IMG/VR virus record: IMGVR_UViG_3300017791_000124 | Span: 1,174-65,173 of that record | Source of the DNA: a virus | Length of the DNA: 64,000 nt | Reading direction: 5' to 3' (one strand) | In this document: in pieces, positions 20,773-32,097 of the stretch | Numbering within the stretch: the stretch's first letter is position 1 | Layout: the number at the start of each line of letters is the position of its first letter | Program-made: the position numbers and the translations under genes | Notes under the pieces: generated by a model | Told to the model about the DNA's origin: nothing | What the model saw: the letters and a program-made list of their open reading frames with translations, nothing else | Databases searched by the model: none

Positions 20773-21813
20773 ATGCACCGCACCACGCCATTGATGACAG
20801 CGTTTCGCGCCTTCACCGCAGGCGGCGCGCGCTCGGTCGTCGACAAGGCCGACGACAAGAAACTGATGCAAGAGATGGGCGGCAACTTCATGAAGGGCGA
20901 GACGCGCGAGAAGGTCGAGGCGCCGCAGAACTACGGCTTCACCAGCGTGGTGATGCCAGCGACAAAGGGCAAGGACGGACAGATCGAGGACAGTGCGGAA
21001 GCGTTCATCAACTTCATCGGCGGCAATCGTTCGTTCCCGGTGTGCGGTGTCATGGACGACCGGCGCTTCCGGCTGAAGGAATTGGAAGCGGGCGATGTCG
21101 CGTTCTTCGATCATCTGCAGCATCAATTCCATTTCAACAAGGACGGCGGATTTCTCACCGGGCGCGAAGACAAGAAGCTGAGATTCCAACTGGTCGAGAA
21201 GCCGCAGGAGGATCAGCAGCAAGGCGGTGGTGGCGGCGGCGGTGTCGGCAAAGATGCGCCAGATGTGGCAGGGCTTGCGGCGGCTGCCGGCGGCACGTCC
21301 GGCCAGCAAAGCGGTGGCCAGAAAAAGAAGGGCCAGACCGCGCGCTACAAGAAGGAAAGCAAGAAGTTCGTCGACATCAACAACGACAAGATCGATCTCG
21401 AACACGACAAGGCGATCAAGCACAAGGCACCGAAACACACACTCGACGGCAACGTCGTCATCACGGGTGAGCTATACGTTCAGGGCGAGATAAAGGGCGG
21501 ATCGAATCTTCGCATCAATAATCAAGGCTTCAAGCCAAGCAATGACCTGTGGGCGGCTGGCAGCGCTGGTGGACCGCCGTCTGCCGACAGCGAAACCGGC
21601 TTGGCCGAGGGCGGCGGCGGCGTCGAGTCCCTGAACGCCGAGCAACTGGCGCATCTCGAATACAAGCGGCAGGTTCGCAATCGCGTTCGCATCGATCCCG
21701 ATGGCACCGTGTCGGTCGATGGCGATTTCGTCGTGCGCGGCAACCTGATCGTGACCGGCGATCTCGACGTGAGCGGCGTCGTGCGCGCCAAGGACTTCGT
21801 CAAAGTGGAATGA
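20773..21813 (+). CDS. Baseplate spike/assembly protein (Mu gp45-like)
   Basis: QNYGFTS, GGNRS, DDRRFRLKELEAGDVA. Confidence 0.85.
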   Translation: MHRTTPLMTAFRAFTAGGARSVVDKADDKKLMQEMGGNFMKGETREKVEAPQNYGFTSVVMPATKGKDGQIEDSAEAFINFIGGNRSFPVCGVMDDRRFRLKELEAGDVAFFDHLQHQFHFNKDGGFLTGREDKKLRFQLVEKPQEDQQQGGGGGGGVGKDAPDVAGLAAAAGGTSGQQSGGQKKKGQTARYKKESKKFVDINNDKIDLEHDKAIKHKAPKHTLDGNVVITGELYVQGEIKGGSNLRINNQGFKPSNDLWAAGSAGGPPSADSETGLAEGGGGVESLNAEQLAHLEYKRQVRNRVRIDPDGTVSVDGDFVVRGNLIVTGDLDVSGVVRAKDFVKVE

Positions 21814-21814
21814 C

Positions 21815-22336
21815 ATGGCCGACAACATTCCCGACATCCGGCTGGTTCAGCGCGGCGAGTATCCGGCGCAGAGCGAAGTCTCGGTCGATTGGTCGCTGCT
21901 CGGCGACGGCTCGCTCGACGACACCGAGGCGCTGGCGACTGCCGTGATCGTTGCGCTCGGCACCGATCGGCTGGCAAGGCGCACCGATACTCTGCCCGAT
22001 CTGGATTCGACCGATCGGCGCGGGTGGTGGGGCGATCTCGATGCTGAATTGATCTGGAACGGCTGGCCGATCGGCACGCGGCTGTGGCTGATCAAGCGCG
22101 ACAAGATCACTGGCGCGGGCGCAGATCAGGGCTCGACGCTGGTCAAGATCGATCACTACATCCGCGAAGCGATCCAGCCGTTCATCGATCTGCGTGTTGC
22201 CTCGCGCATGGATGTCAAAGTCGAGCGCGTCGGGCGCGAGCGCATTCAGGCGGTAGTCCGACTCTACCGTGGGCCCGAGCTTGCGGTCGATCTCAGGTAT
22301 CAAGTCCTCTGGGCCGGCGTCGTCATCGAAAGCTAG
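21815..22336 (+). CDS. Baseplate protein (Mu gp46-like)
   Basis: LATAVIVALGTD, RRGWWGD, IGTRLWLIKRDK. Confidence 0.9.
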   Translation: MADNIPDIRLVQRGEYPAQSEVSVDWSLLGDGSLDDTEALATAVIVALGTDRLARRTDTLPDLDSTDRRGWWGDLDAELIWNGWPIGTRLWLIKRDKITGAGADQGSTLVKIDHYIREAIQPFIDLRVASRMDVKVERVGRERIQAVVRLYRGPELAVDLRYQVLWAGVVIES

Positions 22337-22368
22337 GCCAACTCTTTCGCGCCTTTAGGGACATCTCC

Positions 22369-23436
22369 ATGCCGTGGCAAACTCCTACGCTGCGCGATAT
22401 GCGCGGCATTGTGCGCGACAACATTCGCACCGCGCTGCCGGGCGCTGACGCGAACATCCCGAACAGTGTGCTGCGCGTGCTGTCCGACAATCAGGGCGCG
22501 CTCTGTCATCTCACGCTGCAATATCTTGACTGGCTTGCGCTGCAGCTTCTGCCCGACACTTCCGAAACCGAGTGGCTCGATCGGCACGGCGACATCTGGC
22601 TGGTGAACGCCGACGGCTCGACCGGCCGCAAGCTGGCAACGCCGGCAGTCGGCTATGTGGAGTTCACCGGGCAGCCCGGCATCACCGTCCCGATCGGCAC
22701 GCAACTCGAATATACGACGACCGGATACGAGACGACGGCCGACGTCATTCTCAGCAGCGCGCCGACGACCGAAGCGCCGGTTCGTGCGCTTGATCCCGGC
22801 GCCGCCGGCAATCTCTTGCCCGGCACGCCGCTCGGCGTGACCTATCCGAATGTCACCGGCGCGACCGTGGTTGCGCTCGATTTCGGCACCGACGCAGAGC
22901 ACGACGATCAGTTGCGCGCGCGCATCCTGCGGCGCATTCAACAGCCGCCGATGGGCGGATCGGCCTACGACTACGAGGCGTGGGCGCTCGCGGTCCCGGG
23001 CGTCACGCGCGCGTGGTGCGGGCCGCTCGAAATGGGAATCGGTACGGTCACCGTGCGCTTCATGATGGATGAGTTGCGCGCCAGCAATGGCGGCTTCCCG
23101 TTGCCTAGCGACGTCGCGATCGTGAAAGCCTACATCGATACGAAGCGTCCGGTTGCGGTGAAAGACTACTTCGTCGAATCGCCGATCCCGGTTCGCATCG
23201 ATCACCGGCTCACCTTCCTCGCCAACGATGTCGCCTCGACGCGCGCCGCGATCGAGCAAAGCCTGCTCAAGTCTTTCAGGGCTCGCGCCGTGCCGGGGCA
23301 GCATTGGTATCGGTCGTGGTCAGATGAGGGCATCGCGAACGCGGCTGGCGTCTATGCCTACAATCTGATCGCCAGCGATCTCGACATGCCAAGCGCGGGG
23401 CACATGGCGGTGCTGGGCGACATCACTTACGGATAA
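22369..23436 (+). CDS. Baseplate J-like protein (Mu gp47)
   Basis: QLLPDTSETEWLDRH, PPMGGSAYDYEAWALAVPGVTRAW. Confidence 0.92.
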   Translation: MPWQTPTLRDMRGIVRDNIRTALPGADANIPNSVLRVLSDNQGALCHLTLQYLDWLALQLLPDTSETEWLDRHGDIWLVNADGSTGRKLATPAVGYVEFTGQPGITVPIGTQLEYTTTGYETTADVILSSAPTTEAPVRALDPGAAGNLLPGTPLGVTYPNVTGATVVALDFGTDAEHDDQLRARILRRIQQPPMGGSAYDYEAWALAVPGVTRAWCGPLEMGIGTVTVRFMMDELRASNGGFPLPSDVAIVKAYIDTKRPVAVKDYFVESPIPVRIDHRLTFLANDVASTRAAIEQSLLKSFRARAVPGQHWYRSWSDEGIANAAGVYAYNLIASDLDMPSAGHMAVLGDITYG

Positions 23437-23446
23437 GGGCCGGGCA

Positions 23447-24172
23447 ATGGATGATCGGCACGTCCGTAGGAGCGGCAGCGATTATCGGGAGGCATTCCTT
23501 GCGCTGTTGCCGCAGGGGCCGGCGTGGCCGAAGCATGCGATCGGCAGTGTGCTATGGCGCGCTTGCGATGGGCTCAATCAGTATTGGGGCTTCGTCGACA
23601 GTCGCGCGGGCGATCTCTTAGAGATCGAGAGTGATCCGCGTCTGAGCGTCGAGTTACTGCCGGACTGGGAACGTAACTGGGGTCTGCCCGATCCCTGCAT
23701 GACGAATCCGCCGACGGACCTGAATGGCCGTCACGCGGCACTGATCGCCAAGATGACGATGATGGGCGGGCAGTCGCGCCAGTTCTTCATCGACATCGCC
23801 GAGAGCTACGGTTACCAGATCACCATCACCGAATATGCGCCGTACATGACCGGCGTCTCGCGCGTCGGCGACACGCGCAAGCAATTCAATCCCGGCGATC
23901 CGGAGCACTATCATTGGTATCTCGGCCGCGCCGAGATGCGCTTCTACTGGACCGTCCACGTCACCGGCAAGGCACTGATCTACTTCCGCTGCGGCTCCAG
24001 CCAAACCGGCATCAACCGGCTGCTTGAGATCGGCATCGCCGACGATCTGGAATGCGTGCTCGACAAGCTGAAGCCGGCCCAGACTGACATCATCTACGAT
24101 TATTCGCCGATGGATGCGCTCGACTTCACGCAGCCGTTCAATACCCAATATCTGGCATTAGGGATGCTGTGA
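23447..24172 (+). CDS. Baseplate wedge protein (Mu gp48/YmfQ-like)
   Basis: ALLPQGPAWP, ELLPDWERNWGLPD, GGQSRQFFI, KLKPAQT. Confidence 0.9.
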   Translation: MDDRHVRRSGSDYREAFLALLPQGPAWPKHAIGSVLWRACDGLNQYWGFVDSRAGDLLEIESDPRLSVELLPDWERNWGLPDPCMTNPPTDLNGRHAALIAKMTMMGGQSRQFFIDIAESYGYQITITEYAPYMTGVSRVGDTRKQFNPGDPEHYHWYLGRAEMRFYWTVHVTGKALIYFRCGSSQTGINRLLEIGIADDLECVLDKLKPAQTDIIYDYSPMDALDFTQPFNTQYLALGML

Positions 24173-24969
24173 TGAGCGACAACAAGCAGATCAAGGACGG
24201 ACTCGGCAACCTGTTCACCATACGATCGCGCGACGTCAGTCCGCTGGGTGATGGTTCGCTGCAGCGCTCGATGATCTTCGCGACGCTGTTTCCGGCCGAT
24301 TATGGTGGCGGTGGTTCTTATCATCGCACTTGCCGCAGTGATGTGATGGCGGCCAACGCCGCAGCCTACATCCCGATCTACGCGTTTCGCTGGGGTTCGC
24401 CGGATTATTTCGCGCTGGTGCGGCGCATCCGCATAACAGTGTGGAGCGGCAGCGTCGGCTTCATCCCGGGCATGGCGACCTTCGATATGGTCACGGCGCG
24501 CGCCTTCACGACGCAGTTGGTGGGCGGCAACAGCATTCCGCTCGGCGGCAACGTCGCGAAGCTGAAGACTTCAATGGGATCGTCGCAGGCCAGCATCGTA
24601 TTCGCGACCACGGCCGGCTTGACCAACGGCGTGTTCACGCCCGACGTTTCGCCGGGCTCGACGGATAGCTGGGCGACCACCGTGGGCGGCAATCCCTACA
24701 CGCCATTGAGTCCGATGCCGGTGAAGCTATTCGAGAAGCTGCAAGGCGAGACGCCACTGATACTCGCGGCCGATGAAGGCTTCATCATCTACGCCACGGT
24801 GCCAGCGCAGGGCACATGGCAATTCGTCATGCAGTGCGAATGGGATGAAGTCCCGGGTGTTTCGGGATGGGACAACGCTTTGCTGGAAACGCCTGCCGTT
24901 TCGGGATGGCAGGAAGCTTCGGGAACCGCCGACGCGGATCAGGATGACGAAGCTTCGGAAGAGATTTGA
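24172..24969 (+). CDS. Hypothetical tail-region protein
   Basis: Coupled ORF in the tail fibre region. Confidence 0.65.
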   Translation: MSDNKQIKDGLGNLFTIRSRDVSPLGDGSLQRSMIFATLFPADYGGGGSYHRTCRSDVMAANAAAYIPIYAFRWGSPDYFALVRRIRITVWSGSVGFIPGMATFDMVTARAFTTQLVGGNSIPLGGNVAKLKTSMGSSQASIVFATTAGLTNGVFTPDVSPGSTDSWATTVGGNPYTPLSPMPVKLFEKLQGETPLILAADEGFIIYATVPAQGTWQFVMQCEWDEVPGVSGWDNALLETPAVSGWQEASGTADADQDDEASEEI

Positions 24970-24983
24970 AAGGGAGCATCACC

Positions 24984-26369
24984 GTGCAGTACAATCAGCC
25001 GTTCGATCAGCCGTCCAATTCCAACGCGCCCTACATCGACGGCAATCCGGCCGCCGGCATTCAGGGCTCGATTGTGCCAGCGGCATCGATCGAGTTCGAC
25101 CAGCGTGAAATTGTCGAAGTCATCACCCGCGCCAACATACGCGGCTATTCGGATTTCTCGAACACGCTTTGCGCGGTCCCGAACAACGCCGACTTGCTGC
25201 AATTGCGCAAGGCGATCGAGGGATTCATTCGCGGCTGGGAATACATCATCGACACTGAGGTGACGTTCACGGTTCACGGCAGCGGCGCGGACTTTCCCGA
25301 TCTCATTAAGGCATTCGACTATCTCGGCAAGTATCGCATCACCCCGCGCGGCCACGTCATCCTGCAATTGGCCGGCGCCGCGCCGGGCAGTCAGACCGCA
25401 ATTCAATATGGCTACACCCAGCCGGTCATTATCGCGCATCCCAACAACGATCGCATCTCGATCTTCGGAGCGCAGATGCTGGCGGGCGTGCCGAGGACTG
25501 ACGCGGGCTACGCTTGGAATGGCTCGTCGCCAGCCCAGCGGGCGCAAGACATATCAACCAACCTCGTGATGCTGCGGACGAAGTTCGCGACCGAGCTTCG
25601 GTTTCTCGGAAATTTTTCGGCAGTTGCTCCGTTTCATCCGGTGGGAGGCATTACGATCATCGGGAAGTGCCTCATGCATCTTGACAGTCTGCTGTTCACC
25701 AGCGATGGCGCGTCCAGTGCAAGCGGCGTCCTTTTCAACGCCTATGGCTATCTGAATGATCAGCCGCGAACCATGCAAGCGGGAAGCCCATTCGCCTACG
25801 ATGGACTTGCGTGTGTCGGGTTTACCGGCGGGTCTGCATTCAACTTCGATGTCGGTAGCTGCATCAGCGCGTGGGGGCAGACCCCGGATTATAATTATCA
25901 AACGACGTGGATCGGAATTGGCTGCGGCAATGGCATCGCTTGCACCAACGGTGGCTTTGTCACCGCCTTTGGCAATGCCATTCTGCTCTCGAATAATTCA
26001 TCGGGCATGTATCTGTGGCCGCGCGCAGGCACGCAATGGGACGGCGGATTATTCCTCAACGCCAACGGAGATCATGGGCTGCATTGTTATCTGTCTTCGA
26101 CGGGGTTCATGGCCGCCCCTGTTCTGAATGGTGCCGGTTGGGGCGCGGGCGGATGGTCGCATTATTATCGCAATGCTGGCTGGGGCATCGTCTGTCGTCA
26201 ATCAAACATCACCATCGCTGCCGACTGCGGCACGGGTCCAACTGCAAACGGTGCTGGACAGTGTCATGCAAGCGATAACTCAAGCATCTCTTGTAGCGGT
26301 GTTAATTTCTCTGCGGTGTGCTCGCCGCCATTCGGTACTGTCGGCAACGGCAATAGCATGATTAACTAA
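24984..26369 (+). CDS. Tail fibre/spike protein with beta-helix-like C-terminus
   Basis: N-terminal YIDGNPAAGIQGSIVPA..QREI baseplate anchor; Gly/Asn/Cys-rich lower-GC C-terminus. Confidence 0.75.
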   Translation: MQYNQPFDQPSNSNAPYIDGNPAAGIQGSIVPAASIEFDQREIVEVITRANIRGYSDFSNTLCAVPNNADLLQLRKAIEGFIRGWEYIIDTEVTFTVHGSGADFPDLIKAFDYLGKYRITPRGHVILQLAGAAPGSQTAIQYGYTQPVIIAHPNNDRISIFGAQMLAGVPRTDAGYAWNGSSPAQRAQDISTNLVMLRTKFATELRFLGNFSAVAPFHPVGGITIIGKCLMHLDSLLFTSDGASSASGVLFNAYGYLNDQPRTMQAGSPFAYDGLACVGFTGGSAFNFDVGSCISAWGQTPDYNYQTTWIGIGCGNGIACTNGGFVTAFGNAILLSNNSSGMYLWPRAGTQWDGGLFLNANGDHGLHCYLSSTGFMAAPVLNGAGWGAGGWSHYYRNAGWGIVCRQSNITIAADCGTGPTANGAGQCHASDNSSISCSGVNFSAVCSPPFGTVGNGNSMIN

Positions 26370-26381
26370 TGGAGATGCTAG

Positions 26382-26984
26382 ATGAACCTGCTCTATTGCC
26401 TCGATGGCGTCGTTCTCGGCAATCACGAAAGCGTGCTCAACGTGCCTGCTTCGGTCTACGGCACCGGAGTTCGCATCATTCCCTATCCCGATCCGATGGG
26501 GACGCTGACAAAAATTGGCGATCCGCCTGCTCTCGACGTCCCGCCGGGGCAGCGTGCGGCCGACAGCCGGCCCTATGCCGAGCCGGCGCCGACGCCAACA
26601 TTGTTGATCGGATATGCTTCGCAAGTCCGCTTCGATGTTGTGACAGCGGGGATCACTTGGAACAGCATTCCGATCAACACGGAACGGATCAGTCAGTTGA
26701 TGATCGGCAATCTGGCGCAGTATGCGCTATCGGTCGATCCGGCAACGCTGATCGATTTCACGCAGGACGGCATCGCCTATCAGTTTCCGGCGAGCGACGT
26801 TGCCGATCTCAACACTCAGGTCAACGCGCATGTTCAAGGCGCGAGGACGATCGAGGCGGAGTGCATCACCGATCTCACGTCGGCAACGCCGACGATCCTG
26901 ACCTATGAGGATGTCGAGGCGCGGTTCTCTGCGTTGGCAGCGAAGACGCTGCACGGAAAGCTGAAGCCGCGCCGCGCGCGCTAA
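26382..26984 (+). CDS. Tail fibre assembly protein (DUF4376-like)
   Basis: [15 protein letters not shown]...NTERISQ...VNAHVQ; follows the fibre gene; GGAG RBS. Confidence 0.6.
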   Translation: MNLLYCLDGVVLGNHESVLNVPASVYGTGVRIIPYPDPMGTLTKIGDPPALDVPPGQRAADSRPYAEPAPTPTLLIGYASQVRFDVVTAGITWNSIPINTERISQLMIGNLAQYALSVDPATLIDFTQDGIAYQFPASDVADLNTQVNAHVQGARTIEAECITDLTSATPTILTYEDVEARFSALAAKTLHGKLKPRRAR

Positions 26985-26993
26985 GGGGAAATC

Positions 26994-27371
26994 ATGGCCG
27001 GTCCCGCGTATTACAGCGGTGCGATCAACATCGCCAAGAACGAGGATTGGATCGTGCCATTCGCCTATGGCTCGGTGGACGAGACCGGCTCGAACTTCAC
27101 GCCGATCGATCTCACCGGCTCCACGATCATGATGGAGTTTCGCAAGCGAGAGGGCGATCACGAAGCCATCGTGTCTCTCGCTTCACCGAACAACGGGGTG
27201 ATCATCACCGACGCTGTTGGTGGAACGTTCACCATCCTGATCGCGCGCGGGCGCCTGTGGCGCATGGCTCCCGGCGATTACGTCACCGACATCGTGCGGC
27301 TTGCGCCAAACGGTTATCAAGAACGTCTGTGGGAAGGCATTGCGTCAGTGGTGGAAGGGACGACCCGATGA
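26994..27371 (+). CDS. Fibre adaptor/BppU-like protein
   Basis: PIDLTG..M...G.F.I.I...YVTDI...RLWEG...GTTR. Confidence 0.6.
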   Translation: MAGPAYYSGAINIAKNEDWIVPFAYGSVDETGSNFTPIDLTGSTIMMEFRKREGDHEAIVSLASPNNGVIITDAVGGTFTILIARGRLWRMAPGDYVTDIVRLAPNGYQERLWEGIASVVEGTTR

Positions 27372-29707
27372 CCGATCACTCGTTTGAGCCGATGTCGGTT
27401 GGCGCGCCGCGCATCACGCTGGAGCGGGAAATGCCGGCAGCGCCGACTAACGTGCTGCTGATCCCGGCGATTGGCCCGGCTGGCCCGCAAGGGCCTCCGG
27501 GGCCGATTGGTCCGCAAGGGCCGCAGGGCCCGGGCGGCGTGTCGGGCTCGCAGGGGCCGCTAGGCCCGGCTGGCCCGCAGGGTCCGGCTGGCACGGAAGG
27601 CCCGCAGGGCGACACCGGGCCGATCGGCCCGCAGGGTGTGCCCGGCCCGCCCGGTGGTCTTGGCGAAGCTCCGCAGGACACCAAGTTCTATGGCCGCAAG
27701 AATGCAGCATGGTCGCGCGGTGTCGATATCGCTGGCGACACCATGACCGGCAACCTGACGATCAACAGCGACAGCGCGGAGTTGATCTTCGGCAAGACCG
27801 CCAACAACGGGTTCGGGCGGATCATGTCGTACCGGAACGGTCTGCCACGCTGGCTGATGTTCATGAGCGATACAGAACCCGAAACAGGCGTCGGCAATTC
27901 CGGATCGGATTTCTCGATCTTTCGCTTTGACGATGCGGGCGCTCTCATCGACAGCCTTCCGACCTTCAAGATCGACCGGGCAACCGGCAACATCGACACG
28001 ACGGGCAATATCATTACATCCAATGGGGGTCCGCGCCTTACCCTGAACGACACGCTCACTTCGTTCAATGACGCGGTGATCAACTTCAATTCCGGAGGGG
28101 CCGTAAACTACCGTTGGCAAATCGGCATGGTTGGCGACAATTTCGTCATCCAGCGGTTCAACGATGCTGCGACATATATCGACGCGCCGCTCTCGATCAA
28201 CCGCGCTGTCGGCAATTGGACGATTAGAACCAACGACATCAAAATCTTGCCTAGCCCGAACGTCGTTTCGCATCAGTCGCTCGCTCTCAGCAGTTATGGG
28301 CCAGCGACGAGTTGCAATGTTTCGATAAACTCTTCGAACAACGGCGAAGCCAGCGTTCTCTTCAAGCAGAACGATTTAACCCGCTGGCGGATACTGTCAT
28401 CAGCCAACACGGCTGACCTTCATATTCAGAGGTTCGACGCTGTAGGCAATTACACCGGAACGCCGCTCTGGATCGGTGCCGACTATGTTTCACACCTTGG
28501 CGGCGTTGCGATAGCTAACACCAACCCGAACCTTGCATTGCAGAAACTCGCCAACGGACAGACCAACACGCTCAGTGGATATCTTAATGGTTCGATGCGC
28601 TGGCAATTGCATATGGGGGATTACGGCTCCGAGACTGGCGGCAACGTCGGATCGGATTTGTGTATCTACAGGTTCAGCGACACTGGTGCGTTTCTTGGCA
28701 AGGCTTTCAACATTCAGCGCAGCAATGGTGCCGCGTCTTTCGAGAGCAGTGTCGTCTCTTATAGCGCGCTCATTTCGATGGGCGCGAGGGTCATGGCCCA
28801 AGGCCCGACAGCCTATCAGCCAAGTGTCGCGGTTTGGGGAAACGCTGGCGGCGGTCAAATCGCGGCCTGCATGTTTGCCTCATCCGCTGGCACGCTGGCT
28901 TGGGGTAACTGCGACGGGAACGGCGTTCCGGTGAACTCGTTCATGGCCATTAATCCAAATGGCAATTCTCTTACCGTCAACGGCCCGATCTATTCGCAAT
29001 CAACTGTCAACGCTACCGGGGCAGTCAATGGCGCCAACTTCAACGCGACCAGCGCGCAAGGTTACCGGCACTCCGGTGTGTCCGATGCCGGTGGCGGCGT
29101 TCTTGTCCAGTATTCTCTCCTTTGTAATCCCGGTTGGCAGGACATGTACATTCAGGCGGTCCACAACCAAGGCCAAAGCGTCTATTGGCAAATTCAGGTT
29201 GGATCGCTGTTTCAACTCTACAACGGCGGCAATGCTGCCAAGGCGGGCGGCGGCCCGTGGAGCGACACTTCGGATCAGCGCATCAAGAACATACTCGGCG
29301 ACTACGAGCACGGGCTGGATGAAATCCTGCAACTCAAGCCGCAGCGTTACACCTTCAAGGGCAACGACACCATCACAGCGCCATCGCACGTCAGGGATGG
29401 CGAAGAGGTACCCGAGAAACTGAAGGGCGCGCCGCCGCCGACGAAGGCGCCGTTCAAGAATAGCACGCACCATGAGGAAGGCACCACTCAGAAGGAATTC
29501 ATCGGCCTGATCGCGCAGGATGTCGAAGAGATAATGCCCGAGATGGTCAGCATGAAGCAGGGCTTCATCGACGGAGTGGTGGTTGACGATATGCGCACGC
29601 TCGATCCCAACGCGCTGGTTTATGCGTTGATCAACTCGGTGAAGGCACTGAACGCACGGATCGTCGATCTTGAAGCGCGGCTCGCGCAGCCGAAGGCGGC
29701 GACGTGA
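27368..29707 (+). CDS. Tail fibre with collagen segment and C-terminal S74-type intramolecular chaperone
   Basis: G-X-Y repeats; four RW...I.RF.D repeats; SDQRIKNI...[15 protein letters not shown] then coiled coil. Confidence 0.85.
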   Translation: MTDHSFEPMSVGAPRITLEREMPAAPTNVLLIPAIGPAGPQGPPGPIGPQGPQGPGGVSGSQGPLGPAGPQGPAGTEGPQGDTGPIGPQGVPGPPGGLGEAPQDTKFYGRKNAAWSRGVDIAGDTMTGNLTINSDSAELIFGKTANNGFGRIMSYRNGLPRWLMFMSDTEPETGVGNSGSDFSIFRFDDAGALIDSLPTFKIDRATGNIDTTGNIITSNGGPRLTLNDTLTSFNDAVINFNSGGAVNYRWQIGMVGDNFVIQRFNDAATYIDAPLSINRAVGNWTIRTNDIKILPSPNVVSHQSLALSSYGPATSCNVSINSSNNGEASVLFKQNDLTRWRILSSANTADLHIQRFDAVGNYTGTPLWIGADYVSHLGGVAIANTNPNLALQKLANGQTNTLSGYLNGSMRWQLHMGDYGSETGGNVGSDLCIYRFSDTGAFLGKAFNIQRSNGAASFESSVVSYSALISMGARVMAQGPTAYQPSVAVWGNAGGGQIAACMFASSAGTLAWGNCDGNGVPVNSFMAINPNGNSLTVNGPIYSQSTVNATGAVNGANFNATSAQGYRHSGVSDAGGGVLVQYSLLCNPGWQDMYIQAVHNQGQSVYWQIQVGSLFQLYNGGNAAKAGGGPWSDTSDQRIKNILGDYEHGLDEILQLKPQRYTFKGNDTITAPSHVRDGEEVPEKLKGAPPPTKAPFKNSTHHEEGTTQKEFIGLIAQDVEEIMPEMVSMKQGFIDGVVVDDMRTLDPNALVYALINSVKALNARIVDLEARLAQPKAAT

Positions 29708-29788
29708 CGTGTCTCAAGTGCGCGGAAAGGCGGCGCAGAGTTGCCGCAGCTTTGCGTGCGTGGCTCAACTCTCAGAAGGGAAATCAAC

Positions 29789-29947
29789 ATGCAGCACGTC
29801 CCCGAGCAGCATCCGGACCCACCGCGCCCGCCGGTGCAAGAGCCGCCGACGCCGCAGCCAATTCCGCCGCAGCCCGAGCCCGACGAGGACGACAATGGCG
29901 ACAATGGTGATGACCACGAGGACAAGCATCACGCGCTCTATGCCTGA
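29789..29947 (+). CDS. Small Pro/acidic hypothetical protein
   Basis: AAGGGA RBS; short ORF coupled to the next. Confidence 0.4.
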   Translation: MQHVPEQHPDPPRPPVQEPPTPQPIPPQPEPDEDDNGDNGDDHEDKHHALYA

Positions 29948-30051
29948 TGTGGCTTAACTGGCGCACCATCCTGATCGGCGCCGCCGTGTGGGCGGTGCTG
30001 ATCGGCGCGGCCTATCTGGTGTGGAAGATGATCGTGGGGGAGTTGCCATGA
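29947..30051 (+). CDS. 34-aa single-TM peptide in the lysis cassette
   Basis: MWLNWRTILIGAAVWAVLIGAAYLVWKMIVGELP; start and stop overlap its neighbours. Confidence 0.5.
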   Translation: MWLNWRTILIGAAVWAVLIGAAYLVWKMIVGELP

Positions 30052-30278
30052 TGGTTGTAGACACCACCGGGAAGATCGCCGAAGGCGCCGTCAACGCGAT
30101 GAAGTCCACGCCGCTCGCGATCGCGTTGCTGATTGTCAACGTTGGCTTTCTCGGCTTCGCCGCCTATGTGCTCGGCGAGGTCGCCAGCAACAGCGCCGAG
30201 CGCAACAAGGCGCAACTTGAATTGATCAACAAACTGGTGACGGACATCCGTGACTGTCGGCAAGGCCCGCGTGGATGA
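30048..30278 (+). CDS. Putative holin
   Basis: One TM segment (PLAIALLIVNVGFLGFAAYVL) directly before the endolysin. Confidence 0.55.
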   Translation: MMVVDTTGKIAEGAVNAMKSTPLAIALLIVNVGFLGFAAYVLGEVASNSAERNKAQLELINKLVTDIRDCRQGPRG

Positions 30279-30979
30279 TGAAGTTCAATCGCAAAATTTA
30301 TTTCGATCAAGTGCGCCCGATGTTCGGCGGCTCGTTGTCGCAAGAACAGGTCGACGGGCAGAATTTTCTGCTCGGCGCTTGGGAGAAAGAACCGCTGTCA
30401 TCCGATCTTCGGCACCTAAGTTATTCGCTCGCGACGACGAGGCACGAGACGGCTTCGACGATGCTGCCCGTCGAGGAATACGGGCACGGCGCGGGCCAGC
30501 CTTACGGCGTTGCCGATCCAGAGACCGGGCAGACCTACTACGGTCGCGGTTATGTGCAACTGACATGGCGCGAGAACTATGCGCGGGCCACGCGCGAACT
30601 CGATCTCGAAGGCGATGACGATCTTGAATGGCACGCCGAACGTGCGCTCGATCCGACGATCTCGGCGCGCACCCTTTATCGCGGCATGACCGATGGATGG
30701 TTTCGCACCGGCAGTGATGGCGAGCCAGAGACGCTCGACAAGTATTTCAACGAAAACGACGACGAGCCATATGCAGCGCGCGAGATCGTCAACGGCGACA
30801 AGAGTGTCGTGCCGGAATGGTCAAGCGTCTCGATCGGCAATCTGATCGCCGGCTATCACAAGGATTTTCTCGCCGCGCTTGAAGCTTCATTGATTGAAGC
30901 GGTGGTGCGGATCGAGATCGCGGTGCCACCCGGCGTGCGCGTTGAGATCGTGCAGAACGTTACAATGAGAGAGGACTGA
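30275..30979 (+). CDS. Endolysin, GH19 chitinase-like
   Basis: LATTRHET...PVEE, YYGRGYVQLTWRENY, AREIVNG. Confidence 0.9.
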   Translation: MMKFNRKIYFDQVRPMFGGSLSQEQVDGQNFLLGAWEKEPLSSDLRHLSYSLATTRHETASTMLPVEEYGHGAGQPYGVADPETGQTYYGRGYVQLTWRENYARATRELDLEGDDDLEWHAERALDPTISARTLYRGMTDGWFRTGSDGEPETLDKYFNENDDEPYAAREIVNGDKSVVPEWSSVSIGNLIAGYHKDFLAALEASLIEAVVRIEIAVPPGVRVEIVQNVTMRED

Positions 30980-30984
30980 CCCCC

Positions 30985-31278
30985 ATGGCACTCGACTACG
31001 CTGGCTCGGACGCGCTGATGCAGGACATGGCCTTTCAGGGGCGCATCAAGTGCGCGTGTCTGGTCTTCGCCAATTACATTCTCGGTGAAGCCACCAACGT
31101 CCCGGCGCACAACACGCGCGTCAAATGGGCGAACAACACCATTCAGGCGCCGAACGTGTCGGCTTCTTTGATCACCCCCACGGTGGTGATGGACCCGGCC
31201 GTGCAAGCTGAAGGCGGCGACATCGACGACGCCGGATTGCAGGCTGCGGTCGAGGGGGCTGTCAACAAGCTGATGTGA
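30985..31278 (+). CDS. Hypothetical protein
   Basis: GAGGA RBS; last gene of the + strand late operon. Confidence 0.7.
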   Translation: MALDYAGSDALMQDMAFQGRIKCACLVFANYILGEATNVPAHNTRVKWANNTIQAPNVSASLITPTVVMDPAVQAEGGDIDDAGLQAAVEGAVNKLM

Positions 31279-31292
31279 AGGCTGGCCAGAGT

Positions 31293-31511
31293 TTACGTGC
31301 CTTTGAGACGCTCGGCATCGCGCCGCATCTCGGCAGCGACGTGCTCCAGCAGGGCGGCGACGTGCTCGACGCTGATCAGCGCGTGCGTGTCGCCCTGCAC
31401 CGAGAAGCCCGAGCCCTTGTCGCCGTTGATGATGATCACGATCGCAGCTTCGGCGTGCGTCGCCACGCGCGCAGCGGTGCAAGCGTCGTCATACTTTCCC
31501 GGGCCGATCAT
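31293..31511 (-). CDS. Hypothetical protein
   Basis: GPGKYDDACT...GSGFSVQ; plausible small phage protein. Confidence 0.65.
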   Translation of the reverse strand: MIGPGKYDDACTAARVATHAEAAIVIIINGDKGSGFSVQGDTHALISVEHVAALLEHVAAEMRRDAERLKGT

Positions 31512-31514
31512 GGT

Positions 31515-31730
31515 TCACGCACCATGAGATGTCAGGAACAGCTTTGCGAGAATGGCGACCTGCAGCCCGATGATCAGGGCGAAAGCCCAGCGATGAAACG
31601 CAAGCTCGGATTCGATCTTGGTGAAGCGGCTGTCGTATCCGTCGAGCGCGCTGGCAGCGGCACGCGCCTTGTCGTCCGGCACGTTGATCGCGCGCAGAGC
31701 GTCGTAGAGTTCGGCGTTGAGTGTGGTCAT
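31515..31730 (-). CDS. Small coiled-coil protein with C-terminal TM (DUF1640/CCDC90-like)
   Basis: AELYDALRAINVPDDKARAAA...WAFALIIGLQVAILAKLF. Confidence 0.65.
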   Translation of the reverse strand: MTTLNAELYDALRAINVPDDKARAAASALDGYDSRFTKIESELAFHRWAFALIIGLQVAILAKLFLTSHGA

Positions 31731-31836
31731 GCTTTGGCCTTCGGCATAATGACGTTTGTCCTCATCAAGACACGTTGTTCTCGCGGCGCGCTTCAATGCG
31801 AAGCACGTGGTGAATTCAGAAACGAACGAAGCGTCG

Positions 31837-32097
31837 TTAGTCCTCTTGCTTCGCGGCTGCGCGGTCTTTTGCTCGCTGCTTGTTGAGCATGTGGCGAGTG
31901 ACGACATGCTTGATCGCGTAGTAGACGTAAGGGGGCAGAAAGGCGCCTTGCTCGTATCGCATGATCGTGCGCCGTTCGAGCCCAAGCCGCTTCGCAAATT
32001 CGCCTTGGCTTAGCTTGAGCTTGGCACGCGCACGCTTCACGAAGCCTGCGGTATCCATCGAAGTGTTGGTGTCAGCGTAGAGTTCGCCTGTAGTCAT
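31837..32097 (-). CDS. XRE/Cro-CI-type HTH regulator
   Basis: VKRARAKLKLSQGEFAKRLGLERRTIMRYEQG. Confidence 0.85.
   Translation of the reverse strand: MTTGELYADTNTSMDTAGFVKRARAKLKLSQGEFAKRLGLERRTIMRYEQGAFLPPYVYYAIKHVVTRHMLNKQRAKDRAAAKQED

Noticed and set aside
27800-28760. Possible DGR or shufflon in the tail fibre repeats
   Set aside because: The repeats are diverged protein-level modules. No reverse transcriptase, invertase or adenine-specific TR/VR pair was seen.
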